DNA of 45,843 nt, counting the filler, from an uncultured Methanosarcinales archaeon (GTDB taxonomy: Archaea > Nanobdellota > Nanobdellia > Woesearchaeales > CAZPJY01), in the NCBI GenBank assembly GCA_964587045.1. It is 6 parts of 6 records of this genome, joined end to end, with 100 filler letters (N's around TTAATTAATTAA, not from the genome) between each part and the next. Parts side by side here need not be neighbours in the genome. Positions count along the whole stretch, not along the records: positions 35,533 to 42,806 come from CAZPJY010000046.1; positions 42,907 to 45,843 come from CAZPJY010000050.1; 4 more parts are not named here. One strand, given 5' to 3'. The position numbers and the translations under genes were made by a program. Shown here one piece after another: positions 36,455-45,843 of this stretch; the first letter of the stretch is position 1, and every line of letters starts with the position of its first letter. A model generated the notes under the pieces. That model saw only the letters and a list, made by a program, of their open reading frames with translations, was not told the DNA's origin and searched no databases.

Positions 36455-38170
36455 TTAGCATTGGCCCCCTGCAGGCGCAGGCGCAACCTCGACGTCAATC
36501 ACGTCGTCGCAGGCAGCAGGGGCATCGGTGAACTTGGCGCAGATAGCCGCCTTGTATCCTTCAGCAGTCCTCCCGCCGGCGTACAGGTCACCGTCGAAGA
36601 ACACGGTCGGAGAGCCTGAAACGCCCAGCTTGTCTCCCAGCACCTGGTTCTCACTTACTATTTCCAAGGCGTCGTTGTTGAAGCACTCCTGGACCGCAGC
36701 AGTATCGATGCCAAGGTCTCCTGCGACCCCCTCCCAGCAGCTGTCTGCGTTTTGGGCTGTGCACTCGGAGTTCATGGCGAGAGCGAAATCAAACCATGTG
36801 CCTATGCCGTAGATCCTGTTCACGCACTCCTCCCTGATGTCCTGGTTGAGCTCTTGGATACCATGCATGGAGCAGAACTGGTCGTTTTCGTCAATGCAGT
36901 AGGTGGGACCGCCCCCTCCATAATTGGGGTAGATGACATACCTGGGGTTGAAGTCAACATCATCGCCCAAAACGTCGAAGACCGGCTTGAGCAGTTCCTC
37001 TGCCTGGTTGCCGTAAGGGCAGTAGCTCATGACGAAGAAGTCTACCTGGGGCCTGTTGTCCCCAAGCTCAACCCCTATGTCCCTGTAGAAGGCCTGCCTG
37101 GCCTCCTCGTCGAGGAACCATGATGCGCCGGTCGCGCTGTCCTTGAGCTTGTAGTAGTCGCCGATCTTGTCGAAGAAGCCCGCCAGGCTTGGGTTGGTCT
37201 TCCAAGAATTGGTCTCTGTTATCGCATCTGAGAAGATGAACGCAGGAGCGAAGGTCAGACCGAACATGTCGATGAGGTTCTTTCCCTCATCAGAGGAAGC
37301 GTCGACCTCCGTGACCTTTATGCCTGGGAAGTACTGCTTGTTGACTGCCATGATGCTGGACGTGTCGCACGTGGTGCATTTCTCATCATTGAGCACGATG
37401 AGGTCGACCTCCACAGGCTTGGGGATGTCTGAACAAGCTGGGTGGTCCACCTCGTTGCACACGGCCCTCATGAAATCATCAGTCTGCCTTCCGCCGCTGT
37501 AGGGAACATCTGCAATGTAGATGGTCGGGCTGGCCCTGGCGCCGATCGCGTCAGACTTAGCAATGCTGTCAGCCAGCAGGTTCTGCCCCTCGTCGCCCTC
37601 GTAGCAGGCTTTTACTGTATCGACGTCGAGCCCGGCCTCGTCTGCGCAGTCCTCCCAGTTGCTTGGGATGTTGCCTGCGTTTTGGTTCATGCAGGTGATC
37701 ATATCCACCCATTCATAACCTTGCGAGTACTTCATCCCGCACAGTTGGGCTATGTCCCCCTCTACCTCGTTGTTCCCGTGGAGGCTTGAGAATGATCCCG
37801 GACTGCCGGCCGCGATGAAATCAACGTTGAAGTCTATCGCGTCGCCCATCCTATCGATGACAGGGGCGAAGGCGTCCTCCACCTGCGTGCCGTAGGGGCA
37901 CTGGCTCATGACGTAGAAGTCTACCTTGACCTTGCCTTCCATCGAGATCTCCTGGTTCACGTCCCCGGAACCGCTGCCCGATAGGGTATTAGCGGCGTCG
38001 CCCATCCTTGAGATGAGCTGTGTCTCTTGGGAGCCGCTCTTCACGTTGAATATCAGTATCAGGACGATGATGCCGAGAACCGCGACACCGACCTTCCATA
38101 AGGTGTTTTTCCTGATAGTTACCTCTTGTGGCTTACGGTGAGCCTTGTCCACTTTAACTTTCTTTTTCAT
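36455..38170 (-). CDS. Membrane-anchored thioredoxin-fold protein with two GILT/DsbA-like domains
   Basis: TM; VDFYVMSQCPYG...SLHGNNE...ASPTIYI and VDFFVMSYCPYG...CSMHGIQE...GSPTVFF; central CTTC domain. Confidence 0.85.
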   Translation of the reverse strand: MKKKVKVDKAHRKPQEVTIRKNTLWKVGVAVLGIIVLILIFNVKSGSQETQLISRMGDAANTLSGSGSGDVNQEISMEGKVKVDFYVMSQCPYGTQVEDAFAPVIDRMGDAIDFNVDFIAAGSPGSFSSLHGNNEVEGDIAQLCGMKYSQGYEWVDMITCMNQNAGNIPSNWEDCADEAGLDVDTVKACYEGDEGQNLLADSIAKSDAIGARASPTIYIADVPYSGGRQTDDFMRAVCNEVDHPACSDIPKPVEVDLIVLNDEKCTTCDTSSIMAVNKQYFPGIKVTEVDASSDEGKNLIDMFGLTFAPAFIFSDAITETNSWKTNPSLAGFFDKIGDYYKLKDSATGASWFLDEEARQAFYRDIGVELGDNRPQVDFFVMSYCPYGNQAEELLKPVFDVLGDDVDFNPRYVIYPNYGGGGPTYCIDENDQFCSMHGIQELNQDIREECVNRIYGIGTWFDFALAMNSECTAQNADSCWEGVAGDLGIDTAAVQECFNNDALEIVSENQVLGDKLGVSGSPTVFFDGDLYAGGRTAEGYKAAICAKFTDAPAACDDVIDVEVAPAPAGGQC

Positions 38171-38529
38171 TAGGGATTCACCTCTTGAGTAGGGCAATCT
38201 GTTATCTTGGCTAAGGTTTCCAAGTCCTGTGTTCCTGAGACTGTGTTGCCGTCAGGAAGGACCCATGTCGGCACAGCAGTGATTCCAGCCTCTGTGCAAA
38301 GGTCGCTCTCGATAGAGCAGTCATGGTAGGTGATCAAATCGAAACTGTTGCCAAAACGCCTTATCTGCTCCTGGCAGTGGGGGCAGTACTGCGACCCGTA
38401 CATGATCACGCCCTTCTCCGTGAGGCACGACGCCAGCACTTGTGCGTCGACCGTCTTGGAAGGGGATATTATCAGGTAGAGGGTTATTAGCAGGATTATC
38501 ACGAGTCCTATTAGCAAATATTTTTTCAT
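38170..38529 (-). CDS. Membrane-anchored thioredoxin/glutaredoxin-like protein (CPHC)
   Basis: MYGSQYCPHCQEQ, CTEAGITAVPTW, GTQDLETLA; resembles the Trx-like partner domain of VKOR. Confidence 0.88.
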   Translation of the reverse strand: MKKYLLIGLVIILLITLYLIISPSKTVDAQVLASCLTEKGVIMYGSQYCPHCQEQIRRFGNSFDLITYHDCSIESDLCTEAGITAVPTWVLPDGNTVSGTQDLETLAKITDCPTQEVNP

Positions 38530-38583
38530 TCGAAAAATCCCTCGAGGTTCTTGCGAATCTAGCAAGTATTAATAAATGTTTCT

Positions 38584-39786
38584 TTAGCTTTTAAGAGCTG
38601 ACAGCTCCTTTACCTTGCCGATAAAAGCATTCGCTTCCTCCTCAGTATTGTAGAGGTAGAGTGATGCCCTCGCGCTGCCATCCAGCTTGTGTGCGTTGAA
38701 CCATGAATGCACACAGTGTGCTCCGCTTCTGATCATGATATCTGATGAGGAATCGAGCATCATGGCTAGGCTGTGCGGGTCGAAACCCCCAAGGTTGAAG
38801 CTGAAGATCCCGCTCCTCAATTCTGCGTTCGCCGGGCCGATAACCTGCAGGGCCTGCAGGTCTGACAGACCTTCAGTTATCATCGTGTTGAGCTTGACCT
38901 GATGCTTTCCAATCGAGTCAACACCTACCTTTTCCAGGTAGCGTGCGGCCTCGGCGAATCCTATCATGCCTGCGTAGTTCTGCAGACCAGCTTCGAACCT
39001 CTCCGGGACATCTTCGAGTTCGTAGGATTCGTAGGTTGAGTCTTTGACCGTGTCACCTCCGAGGAGGAAAGGTGAGAGCTTCTCAAGATGCTCGGCTTTG
39101 CCGTAAAGCAGTCCTATGCCGCTCGGTCCAAGCATCTTATGTCCGGAGATAGCTAGGAAATCGACGTCGAGCTTCCTAACGTTTATTGACATGTGGGGAA
39201 CCGACTGCGCCGCATCAGCCATCACCAGTGCGCCGTGCCTGTGGGCGATCCTGATAACTTCAGCGAGCGGCGTCGTCACGCCGTCAAGGTTCGAAGTGTG
39301 AACGATGCTTACCATCCTCACCTTCACGCTTGACATGGTCTTTTCAAAAGCATCGAGGTCGAAGGTGTTGTCAGGCCTGCTCTTGACATGAAGAGTCTTG
39401 AGGTCTTTGTTGCCCATCCAAGGCAGCAGGTTTGAGTTGTGCTCCTTGTCAGATGTGAGGACGAGATCGCCTTTGCGGAACGGGAACGAACGCGCTAGGA
39501 TATTGAAGGATTCTGTCGCGTTGCGCGTGAATACAATCTCCTCCGTCTTCCTGGCCCCAATGAAGGACCGCAAGGCCTTTCTCGCCTTCTCCACCTCATC
39601 GGTCACCCTCTGCCCGATCTTGTGGTAGCTCCTGCCGCCGCAGCCTGGGAACTCCTGGTAGTACCTGTTCATCGCCTCGATTACCTGATCGGGCTTTAAT
39701 GTCATGCAGGCGTTGTCAAAGTATATGGGCGGTTTCTCTTTCCTCAGAATTGTGAAGTCCTTCCGATAAGCCTTTATAGACATCAT
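38584..39786 (-). CDS. sufS: Cysteine desulfurase, SufS (group II)
   Basis: YFDNAC, EHNSN, DAAQSVPH, SGHKMLGPSGIG, RFEAG, RSGAHC, RASLYLYN. Confidence 0.93.
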   Translation of the reverse strand: MMSIKAYRKDFTILRKEKPPIYFDNACMTLKPDQVIEAMNRYYQEFPGCGGRSYHKIGQRVTDEVEKARKALRSFIGARKTEEIVFTRNATESFNILARSFPFRKGDLVLTSDKEHNSNLLPWMGNKDLKTLHVKSRPDNTFDLDAFEKTMSSVKVRMVSIVHTSNLDGVTTPLAEVIRIAHRHGALVMADAAQSVPHMSINVRKLDVDFLAISGHKMLGPSGIGLLYGKAEHLEKLSPFLLGGDTVKDSTYESYELEDVPERFEAGLQNYAGMIGFAEAARYLEKVGVDSIGKHQVKLNTMITEGLSDLQALQVIGPANAELRSGIFSFNLGGFDPHSLAMMLDSSSDIMIRSGAHCVHSWFNAHKLDGSARASLYLYNTEEEANAFIGKVKELSALKS

Positions 39787-39816
39787 GAGTCGTTCCTATC
39801 GCTTCTTTTATAAATG

Positions 39817-40740
39817 TTATGAAACCTTCCTCGCTTTCAGCTCAGCATCAACCACGCGCGTCAGCTGCTTGTAGCTCTCAGGCCCGACGACAACCCTATG
39901 ATTGACGAAAAAAGTGGGGGTCCCATACACGCCAGCCCCAATACCGATCTCGTGCTGAGCCTCAACGTCCTGGATGGTGCTGGAATCTGCCATGCAGGAG
40001 TTGAACGCGAATGCGTCCAGCCCGATCGAAGTGGCTAAGTCCGAGAAATCCGACTCTTCCTTGAAATCTGTAGACAGCAACAGATTGTGGTATTCCCAGA
40101 ACATGCCAAGCTTTGCGGCACACCTTGCAGCGTACGCGGCTTCCCAGCTCAGTAGGTGGTGGTTGTCAGGAAGGGCTACGAAGGAGAATTCAACCCTGTC
40201 TCCGTACTCAGAGACGAGCTTGACCACATCGGGCTCAAACGAGCGGGTGTACGGGCATGAGTAGCAGCCGAACTCTATGATCCTCACATCAGAAGACATG
40301 TTCCCAACATTAGGGATCCATTCAGGGAGCTCGCCAGGCGTAATAAGGCTGCCGACGACAGCGTCTGTAGTGGTGCAGGTGTCAGTTTCGTGCGAGATCG
40401 AGTCGTAGATGCAAAAGCCTCCCTTGTCCCCGTTGCAGTTGCCGTAGACGGCATAGTTGTACAGCCCAAACGCGGTGTAGGCGAGGCTCGCAATCAGCAG
40501 GATGGTGAATACCCAGGATATTATCTCGAAATTTGAGTAGACAAACCTGCCTAACGCCTTGTTCTTCCTGAGTATCCGCCCTGTTATCTTGCTCTTCAAG
40601 CGGACATCGAGGCGACTCTCGCATTTCCTGAAGGTGATTCTTCTGAAGACGCAGTCAAACGCCTCTAACGCCAGTTTCCTGTGGCTGACTGAGAAGATTC
40701 CCAGGATGCCGAACACGATGAGAGCGAGTAGGCATATCAT
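39817..40740 (-). CDS. DsbA-family protein with N-terminal membrane domain
   Basis: IIEFGCYSCPYT, AAYAARCA..GMFWEYH, GVYGTPTFFVN; start MICLL chosen because TATTAAAA lies about 25-30 nt upstream. Confidence 0.88.
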   Translation of the reverse strand: MICLLALIVFGILGIFSVSHRKLALEAFDCVFRRITFRKCESRLDVRLKSKITGRILRKNKALGRFVYSNFEIISWVFTILLIASLAYTAFGLYNYAVYGNCNGDKGGFCIYDSISHETDTCTTTDAVVGSLITPGELPEWIPNVGNMSSDVRIIEFGCYSCPYTRSFEPDVVKLVSEYGDRVEFSFVALPDNHHLLSWEAAYAARCAAKLGMFWEYHNLLLSTDFKEESDFSDLATSIGLDAFAFNSCMADSSTIQDVEAQHEIGIGAGVYGTPTFFVNHRVVVGPESYKQLTRVVDAELKARKVS

Positions 40741-40819
40741 TGGGCTCAGAATTCTCAACATGCTTTTAATACTTTCCATGTGCAATATTATAATAATGAG
40801 TTGTTTTACCATCTAATTT

Positions 40820-41881
40820 ATGATAATCATTGACGGAAGTGAGGGCTCGGCTGGCGGCCAGATGCTTCGCACATCTCTTGCGATGTCAGCAATAACAGGC
40901 AAACCATTTAGGATGGTCAACATCCGCTCAGGCAGGCCAAACCCGGGGCTGAAGCCCTCCCACCTGTCATGCCTCGAGGTTTTCTCAAAGCTCTCTGACT
41001 GCTCCTACAGCGATGTCGAGCCGGGCTCCACGAGCATTACCTTCAGGCCTGGAAGCGTCAATTCTAGAAGGGTTGACCATGACATCGGCACTGCAGGCTC
41101 GGTAACGCTCGTGCTCCAGTCATTGATGCCTTTTCTGTTATCTGTCAGGAAGAGGTTCAAGGTAAGCCTGGTGGGAGGTACTGACGTTTCCTGGAGCCCT
41201 TCATGGGACTACACCTCCAACGTTTTGGTGCCTCACCTTCGACGCTACGCAGAGATTGAAAGCCGCCTTCTCAGGCGAGGTTTTTATCCCAAGGGCGGCG
41301 GAAGGGTGGAGGTTACGATTCTTCCGAGGAAAATGACGAGGCCCTTGATCCTTAGGAAGGGCTTGAGACTCCTTGGGGTAAGAGGCGCTTCGCACGCCTC
41401 CAAGTCCCTTATACAAAAGGACGTTGCAGCCAGGCAGGCTGTCGCTGCAGAGAACGCGCTGAAAGCGCTTGACGTGCCTGTCATCATTGATAGGTCCTAC
41501 TCGGAGACCTCAAGCACAGGTTCCGTCATCACGCTTTGGGCACTTTTTGGGAAGGGCGAGCTCGACGTTTCAAATCCGACAATCATCGGAGCAAGCCAGC
41601 TCGGCGAGAAGGGCAGGAAAGCGGAGGAGGTGGGCAGCAGCGCGGCGGCACAACTCGCTTCCCTGCTAGGTCCTGGATCCTGCGTCGACCCCAACCTTTC
41701 GGACCAGCTCATGCCTTACCTTGCTATGTATGGGGGCTTTGTGGAGGCTGATGAATTAACCGAGCACACATCCACAAATATTGGAGTAATAGAAAAATTT
41801 GCGGGGAAGGTCTTCGAACTCGACGGTGCTAGGATATCAGTGGGTGAGGGGATGCTCACTTCCCGATACTCGCGAGATTGA
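40820..41881 (+). CDS. rtcA: RNA 3'-terminal phosphate cyclase
   Basis: IDGSEGSAGGQMLRTSL, RPNPGL, TAGSVTL, GGTDV, RGFYPKGGG, DQL, catalytic His in TEHTSTN. Confidence 0.95.
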   Translation: MIIIDGSEGSAGGQMLRTSLAMSAITGKPFRMVNIRSGRPNPGLKPSHLSCLEVFSKLSDCSYSDVEPGSTSITFRPGSVNSRRVDHDIGTAGSVTLVLQSLMPFLLSVRKRFKVSLVGGTDVSWSPSWDYTSNVLVPHLRRYAEIESRLLRRGFYPKGGGRVEVTILPRKMTRPLILRKGLRLLGVRGASHASKSLIQKDVAARQAVAAENALKALDVPVIIDRSYSETSSTGSVITLWALFGKGELDVSNPTIIGASQLGEKGRKAEEVGSSAAAQLASLLGPGSCVDPNLSDQLMPYLAMYGGFVEADELTEHTSTNIGVIEKFAGKVFELDGARISVGEGMLTSRYSRD

Positions 41882-42806
41882 TGTCGTCGTAGAGCTCCCT
41901 CAACGAGTTATGGAGCAGGACCTTCTCATCCTCGTCAAACTTGCCGCGGTAGAACTCTGTCCTCGCCTGGGAGTATAGGTTCTTTGCCGCGTCTAGGTCG
42001 CCTTCCCTGAGCAGGTCCCTACATTGGGAGACCATATGCAACACCCTTGTCTGCTTGCGCTCAGGCAATGAGAGGTCGTCATGCACCTCTTTCAAATGGT
42101 CGGTGTCTTTTGGGCTTATCGGATCTCCCGAGCTCTTCTGCTTCATGTAGAAGTGGAATTCCTCGTCCTCTAGCGAGTCCTTCTCCTTTTCGTACTTGTT
42201 CTCGATGTAGTCGAGAGCTTCCTCCTCGAGCTCTATCTGCTTTTGGAGATCGAGCAGCTCCTTCTTCTTGGCCTCAAGCTTCGCAAGCTCGTCCTTGAAG
42301 AGGTGCTTCCGCTCCTTTTCCAGCGCCGCCTGGTCCTGCTTGAGCGTACGCTCTCCCTCCTTTAGCTTTTCCTCGCGCTCTTTTAGCATGCTGCGCGTCT
42401 TGGACTCATAGGATTTCAGCTCCGCGAGCTTTTTGTTGTAAGAAGAAACCTCTGCTGAGAGCTCCTGGTCCTTGGTCTTGAGCGAGGCCTCCCTCTTCTT
42501 CAGGTGTTCCTCACGCGCGGCTACCTTTTTTTCCATTGCCTCTACGGCTTTCGATTTCTCGTCGAGGTTCTTCTTCTCGTTTGCCAGCTTGGCCCTGTCT
42601 GAGTGGACGGACTTCTCCTTTTTCGAGATTTCAGCCTCCCGCTCCTTGAGCTCTTTTTCCTTGCTGTCTATTGCTGCCAGGCGTTTCTTACTCGAGTGTT
42701 CAAACTTGCTTTTCTCTGCGACGAGTTGCGTCCTGAGCTTCAAGGTATCGCTGTGCGCTTCTTTAAGCTGCAGCTTTTTTTGTTTCAAATCCTCAAATTC
42801 CTTGTC
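41856..42806 (-). CDS. Long coiled-coil protein, 5'-truncated
   Basis: K/E-rich heptads open to the contig edge; C-terminal helical domain AKNLY...LRELYDDINLA. Confidence 0.8.
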   Translation of the reverse strand, partial: DKEFEDLKQKKLQLKEAHSDTLKLRTQLVAEKSKFEHSSKKRLAAIDSKEKELKEREAEISKKEKSVHSDRAKLANEKKNLDEKSKAVEAMEKKVAAREEHLKKREASLKTKDQELSAEVSSYNKKLAELKSYESKTRSMLKEREEKLKEGERTLKQDQAALEKERKHLFKDELAKLEAKKKELLDLQKQIELEEEALDYIENKYEKEKDSLEDEEFHFYMKQKSSGDPISPKDTDHLKEVHDDLSLPERKQTRVLHMVSQCRDLLREGDLDAAKNLYSQARTEFYRGKFDEDEKVLLHNSLRELYDDINLASIGK

Positions 42807-42906
42807 NNNNNNNNNNNNNNNNNNNNNNNNNNNNNNNNNNNNNNNNNNNNTTAATTAATTAANNNNNNNNNNNNNNNNNNNNNNNNNNNNNNNNNNNNNN
42901 NNNNNN
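42807..42906. other. Artificial contig linker
   Basis: N-run + TTAATTAATTAA + N-run. Confidence 0.99.
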
Positions 42907-43877
42907 TGCCAGAATATGGCGAAGAATATGAGGAAGAGTATCCACCCGACGTTGGTGTGGAAGGTGTCTATGGCGAACTGCTTGTCGTAGAGGATGCCCA
43001 CGAGCATCAGCAGGTAGATGCGCGTTATGTTGAAGAGGAAGGCCATGAGTACGCCTGCCGGCAGCAGCCACCACATGCGCTTCTTGTTGAGGTCCTTGTA
43101 CGAGATGACCCATATCAGGACGTAGAGCGACAGGAAGAGCATTATGGAATCGATGCCGGAGCAGTCCTTCGACACGCCGACGATGAAGCCTGCGGCTCCG
43201 AGCGTCGGGGCCTGGCCGAACGCCACCTCGCTGTAGACGTCGGCAAACGAAAGCGACAGGAGGAAGGCGACGATTTTCGTGACAACGTAGCTCAGCACGA
43301 ACCATATCTGCTGGACGCCCTCCAGGATGAAGTAGTAGACCACGAATATGCCTGAGAAGGCCAAGAGCTCCTTCTTGAACTTGACCAGGAAGTCGCGTAT
43401 GAACGGCCAGCCGTAGATTGCTAAAGCGAGGAAGGCTATGAAGCCCAGGTTGATCGCGTACTTGGCGAGGACTGTCAGGGTCAGGAAGGATCCGAAGAAG
43501 TCGGGATTGAACCTGACCAGGTATTTGTAGTAGTACTGCAGCACCAGGAAGAGTAAGGCTACGACGCTGAAGATGATGGTCTTGCTCTTCTCCAGCCTGT
43601 ACTGCTTGAGCTTGAGGATGGTCTTTCGGTTGTAGACTATGAAGGCGAGGATTATGAAGATGGCAGCGTTGATGATGCGCGTTCCTGTGAGGCCTGTGAG
43701 CCACGGGATGTAGTACTCTTCGGTCAGGCGCAGGTAGCGCAGGAAGAACAGCGTGTGGCGGAACCACAGCATGATGACAAGCTTTACTGCCATCACTATA
43801 CCTAGGAAGAGGCCGGTCTTGAGGTAGAACTGGTTGAGGGCCTTATCCTTTGTGAGCTTTCTTATGAGTTTTCGCAT
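42907..43877 (-). CDS. Archaeosortase/exosortase-family transpeptidase, 3'-truncated
   Basis: Multi-TM; Cys-Arg-His triad in VSKDCSGIDS, FNITRIYLL, FHTNVGW. Confidence 0.88.
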
Positions 43878-44166
43878 ATTGAACTCCTAATTTTATGAAG
43901 AGGGCGATCGCAAGAACGGCTGTCACGACGAGCATGGCGCGCCAGACCGTGAACTGTGTGATGCCGCCGGTGACCTGCGCCCAGGCCTTGTTGTAGCCGA
44001 GGAAGATTCCGATGGCGATGTCGGTAGCTATCGATAGCGCGATTGCAACCGCCACTTGCTCGATCTTGTTGAGGTCTGAAAAGAACAGCCTTACCATGAT
44101 GTAGCCTGGTATGAACAGGCCGAAGGCGAATCCGAGGACGATTTGGAGGATTGTGAAGGCATCCAT
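43843..44166 (-). CDS. Small 3-TM membrane protein (DUF1616-like)
   Basis: LFIPGY...FF..L.KIEQ.A..IALSI pattern. Confidence 0.75.
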   Translation of the reverse strand: MDAFTILQIVLGFAFGLFIPGYIMVRLFFSDLNKIEQVAVAIALSIATDIAIGIFLGYNKAWAQVTGGITQFTVWRAMLVVTAVLAIALFIKLGVQYAKTHKKAHKG

Positions 44167-44202
44167 TCTTCTTTGGGTTTCTCAGTTGTTTTATAAGGGT
44201 TT

Positions 44203-45843
44203 TTATTTGCGGGTTATCCAGAAGTGGATGGACTCGTTCTTGTCTGGTATCCCGACTGACACCTTGCCGAAGTCGAAGTCCTGGTCGATGGCGAAGGTCT
44301 CGTTGAAGGTCGTGCCCATCCCTGGCTCCAGCATGAACTGCTCGGTGCCGAGGTCGATTTGGCCGACTAGCCTTAGCTGGCAGGGGTCTTCGTTTATCAC
44401 CAGGTTCCTGCGCTCCCTGGTCTCCTTGTTGTAAAGGTAGAGCTCCCTTGGTTCAAGGTGGGTGTTGAAGGTCTCGATGATGAAGTATCCTGAGGACATG
44501 TTGACTCCTGGAATTTCGAAGACCGGCCGGAAATCGTAGTTGAAGGAGACGTTACCGTAATCATATGTTAGGATCACTGTCTGGCGGACGTCATCAGAGA
44601 GGTTGTAGTCGAACTCCTGCACGTTCTCGTCGCGGATGTAATAAATTTTGTCTGTTAGCAGCGACAGCATGATTGCCGCCTCAGGCTGGTTGTCCTCATT
44701 TACAAAGGTCATGCTTATCAGTCTGGCGCCGTCAAGCGGCAGGTACTGGAAGATGAACGAGTAATGCTCCCAATCTGGAACGTGGGATGTGCGTCCGCTG
44801 AATATGTACTGCTTGTTGGGAATGTCGGAGTTGAATTCTGGGAGGGTTTGGATGACTTGGGTTATGAAGTCTGTTTCTTGCTCTGGCTCTTTTGTTGTCT
44901 CGGCTGGTTCCTTTTCGCTTGGCGTCGTGAGTTGCTTGATGAAACTGACAATACTGTTGTCTTCAGCTTCGACCGCTGGCACTTGCCTAATCTGTCTGGG
45001 TTGGTAAAGCTGCTGGATACGGTATTCCTTAAGGCAGTCGGTCACGGTCAGGGGATCGTCGCAGCGGGGATCTATCCGTCTGAGAACCACGTTTGAGAAG
45101 TCAGTGTAGGTCTGGGTTGTGAAGAACGAGATGTTCACTGGGCCGAGTTCTGATATGTTCTTTTCGAAGAGCTGCCCGCCGTTGAGGAAGACTTGGAATG
45201 ATGTTTCGTTCTTCAGTACCTTAATCCGGTTATCTGATAACTGTGGTGCGTTCTGAGTATAGGTGAGCTGCAGAGCTGTATCGTTTATGTATTCGAAAAG
45301 CATGGCATCAGACGTGCTTTGCTGAAGTAGCAACCCTAGCTTGGGAGTTCCTGCAGGGCTTGAGAAAAGCAAGCCTGCCTGACCCAGCCCGGAACGGGTG
45401 GAGGTCCTGTAATCCAGTTCAAAAACGTCCCAGTCGAAGGTCTGGTCTTCACCTCTAGCAGTTATTGCGTAACTTGGCAGTAGGACTGTCCCTTGTTCTG
45501 GGAGTTCGATGCCTAAAGATTCCCCGAACAGCCTGTACCGGTCAGTTTCAACCCTTTGCCGGCCCATATCGAATACGGTCCTGCGCGATGACTCGAAGAT
45601 GCTGCGGGCGTTGCTTATGGGTCCTTCATCGACATCATATGTTATTATGCTCTCAGGATCAGTGACCGAGAAGGGCTCGCTGACGTAAGCTTTTAGGTTC
45701 TTAATGCTAGCATAGCCCCTCTGCGTAAATGTGAAAGAGGTGGGTGCTTGTGACTTGACCTTTGCTATGTCAGTGCCATTGAAGCTGATAAGGGTTTCAT
45801 TGGATCCGATCGTGATCAGGAAGGGGAGGCCTTGCTTGAGTAG
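44203..45843 (-). CDS. Large beta-rich extracellular-type protein, 5'-truncated by the window
   Basis: Frame has no stop from 45843 to 44203 (checked upstream of tracked ATG 45567); many N-x-S/T sequons. Confidence 0.8.
   Translation of the reverse strand, partial: LLKQGLPFLITIGSNETLISFNGTDIAKVKSQAPTSFTFTQRGYASIKNLKAYVSEPFSVTDPESIITYDVDEGPISNARSIFESSRRTVFDMGRQRVETDRYRLFGESLGIELPEQGTVLLPSYAITARGEDQTFDWDVFELDYRTSTRSGLGQAGLLFSSPAGTPKLGLLLQQSTSDAMLFEYINDTALQLTYTQNAPQLSDNRIKVLKNETSFQVFLNGGQLFEKNISELGPVNISFFTTQTYTDFSNVVLRRIDPRCDDPLTVTDCLKEYRIQQLYQPRQIRQVPAVEAEDNSIVSFIKQLTTPSEKEPAETTKEPEQETDFITQVIQTLPEFNSDIPNKQYIFSGRTSHVPDWEHYSFIFQYLPLDGARLISMTFVNEDNQPEAAIMLSLLTDKIYYIRDENVQEFDYNLSDDVRQTVILTYDYGNVSFNYDFRPVFEIPGVNMSSGYFIIETFNTHLEPRELYLYNKETRERRNLVINEDPCQLRLVGQIDLGTEQFMLEPGMGTTFNETFAIDQDFDFGKVSVGIPDKNESIHFWITRK

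Noticed and set aside
41680..41790. RtcA inactive because VDPNLSDQL lacks a His
   Set aside because: The adenylated His is the downstream one in TEHTSTN, which is present
11511..42906. Five copies of TTAATTAATTAA flanked by Ns as a biological repeat
   Set aside because: Contig-joining linker; contigs are sorted by decreasing size (8237, 7700, 7685, 7274 bp)

Overview
Archaeal draft-genome window, most consistent with a DPANN lineage (Woesearchaeota-like; inferred from gene content and protein style). It is six separate contigs joined by artificial N44-TTAATTAATTAA-N44 linkers: A 1-11510, B 11611-19847, C 19948-27647, D 27748-35432, E 35533-42806, F 42907-45843. Neighbourhoods across linkers mean nothing. 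Core genes: FEN1, Trm5-like methyltransferase, PAN, TldD/PmbA, solo Cas4, PRC-barrel protein, RFC small subunit, MetRS, TFE, SufS, RtcA, an archaeosortase/exosortase-family protein, surface proteins and an intron-containing tRNA-Trp. The best signals are not in the ORF track. (1) A clean free-standing box C/D guide RNA at 3872-3946, whose guides may target the 23S A-loop and the 16S 5' end. (2) An 80-nt tRNA-Trp intron whose guides obey the +5 rule for C34 and C39 but which has no box C ahead of the first guide unless the intron circularises; it also carries a 7-nt element antisense to the anticodon-stem 5' strand. Also notable: bacteria-type enzymes among archaeal genes (membrane-anchored lytic transglycosylase, stand-alone HD-GYP, MetRS1-type MetRS), a DUF5655-like / TM0106 nuclease / kinase cluster, and a DsbA-SufS-Trx-GILT-like redox cluster.
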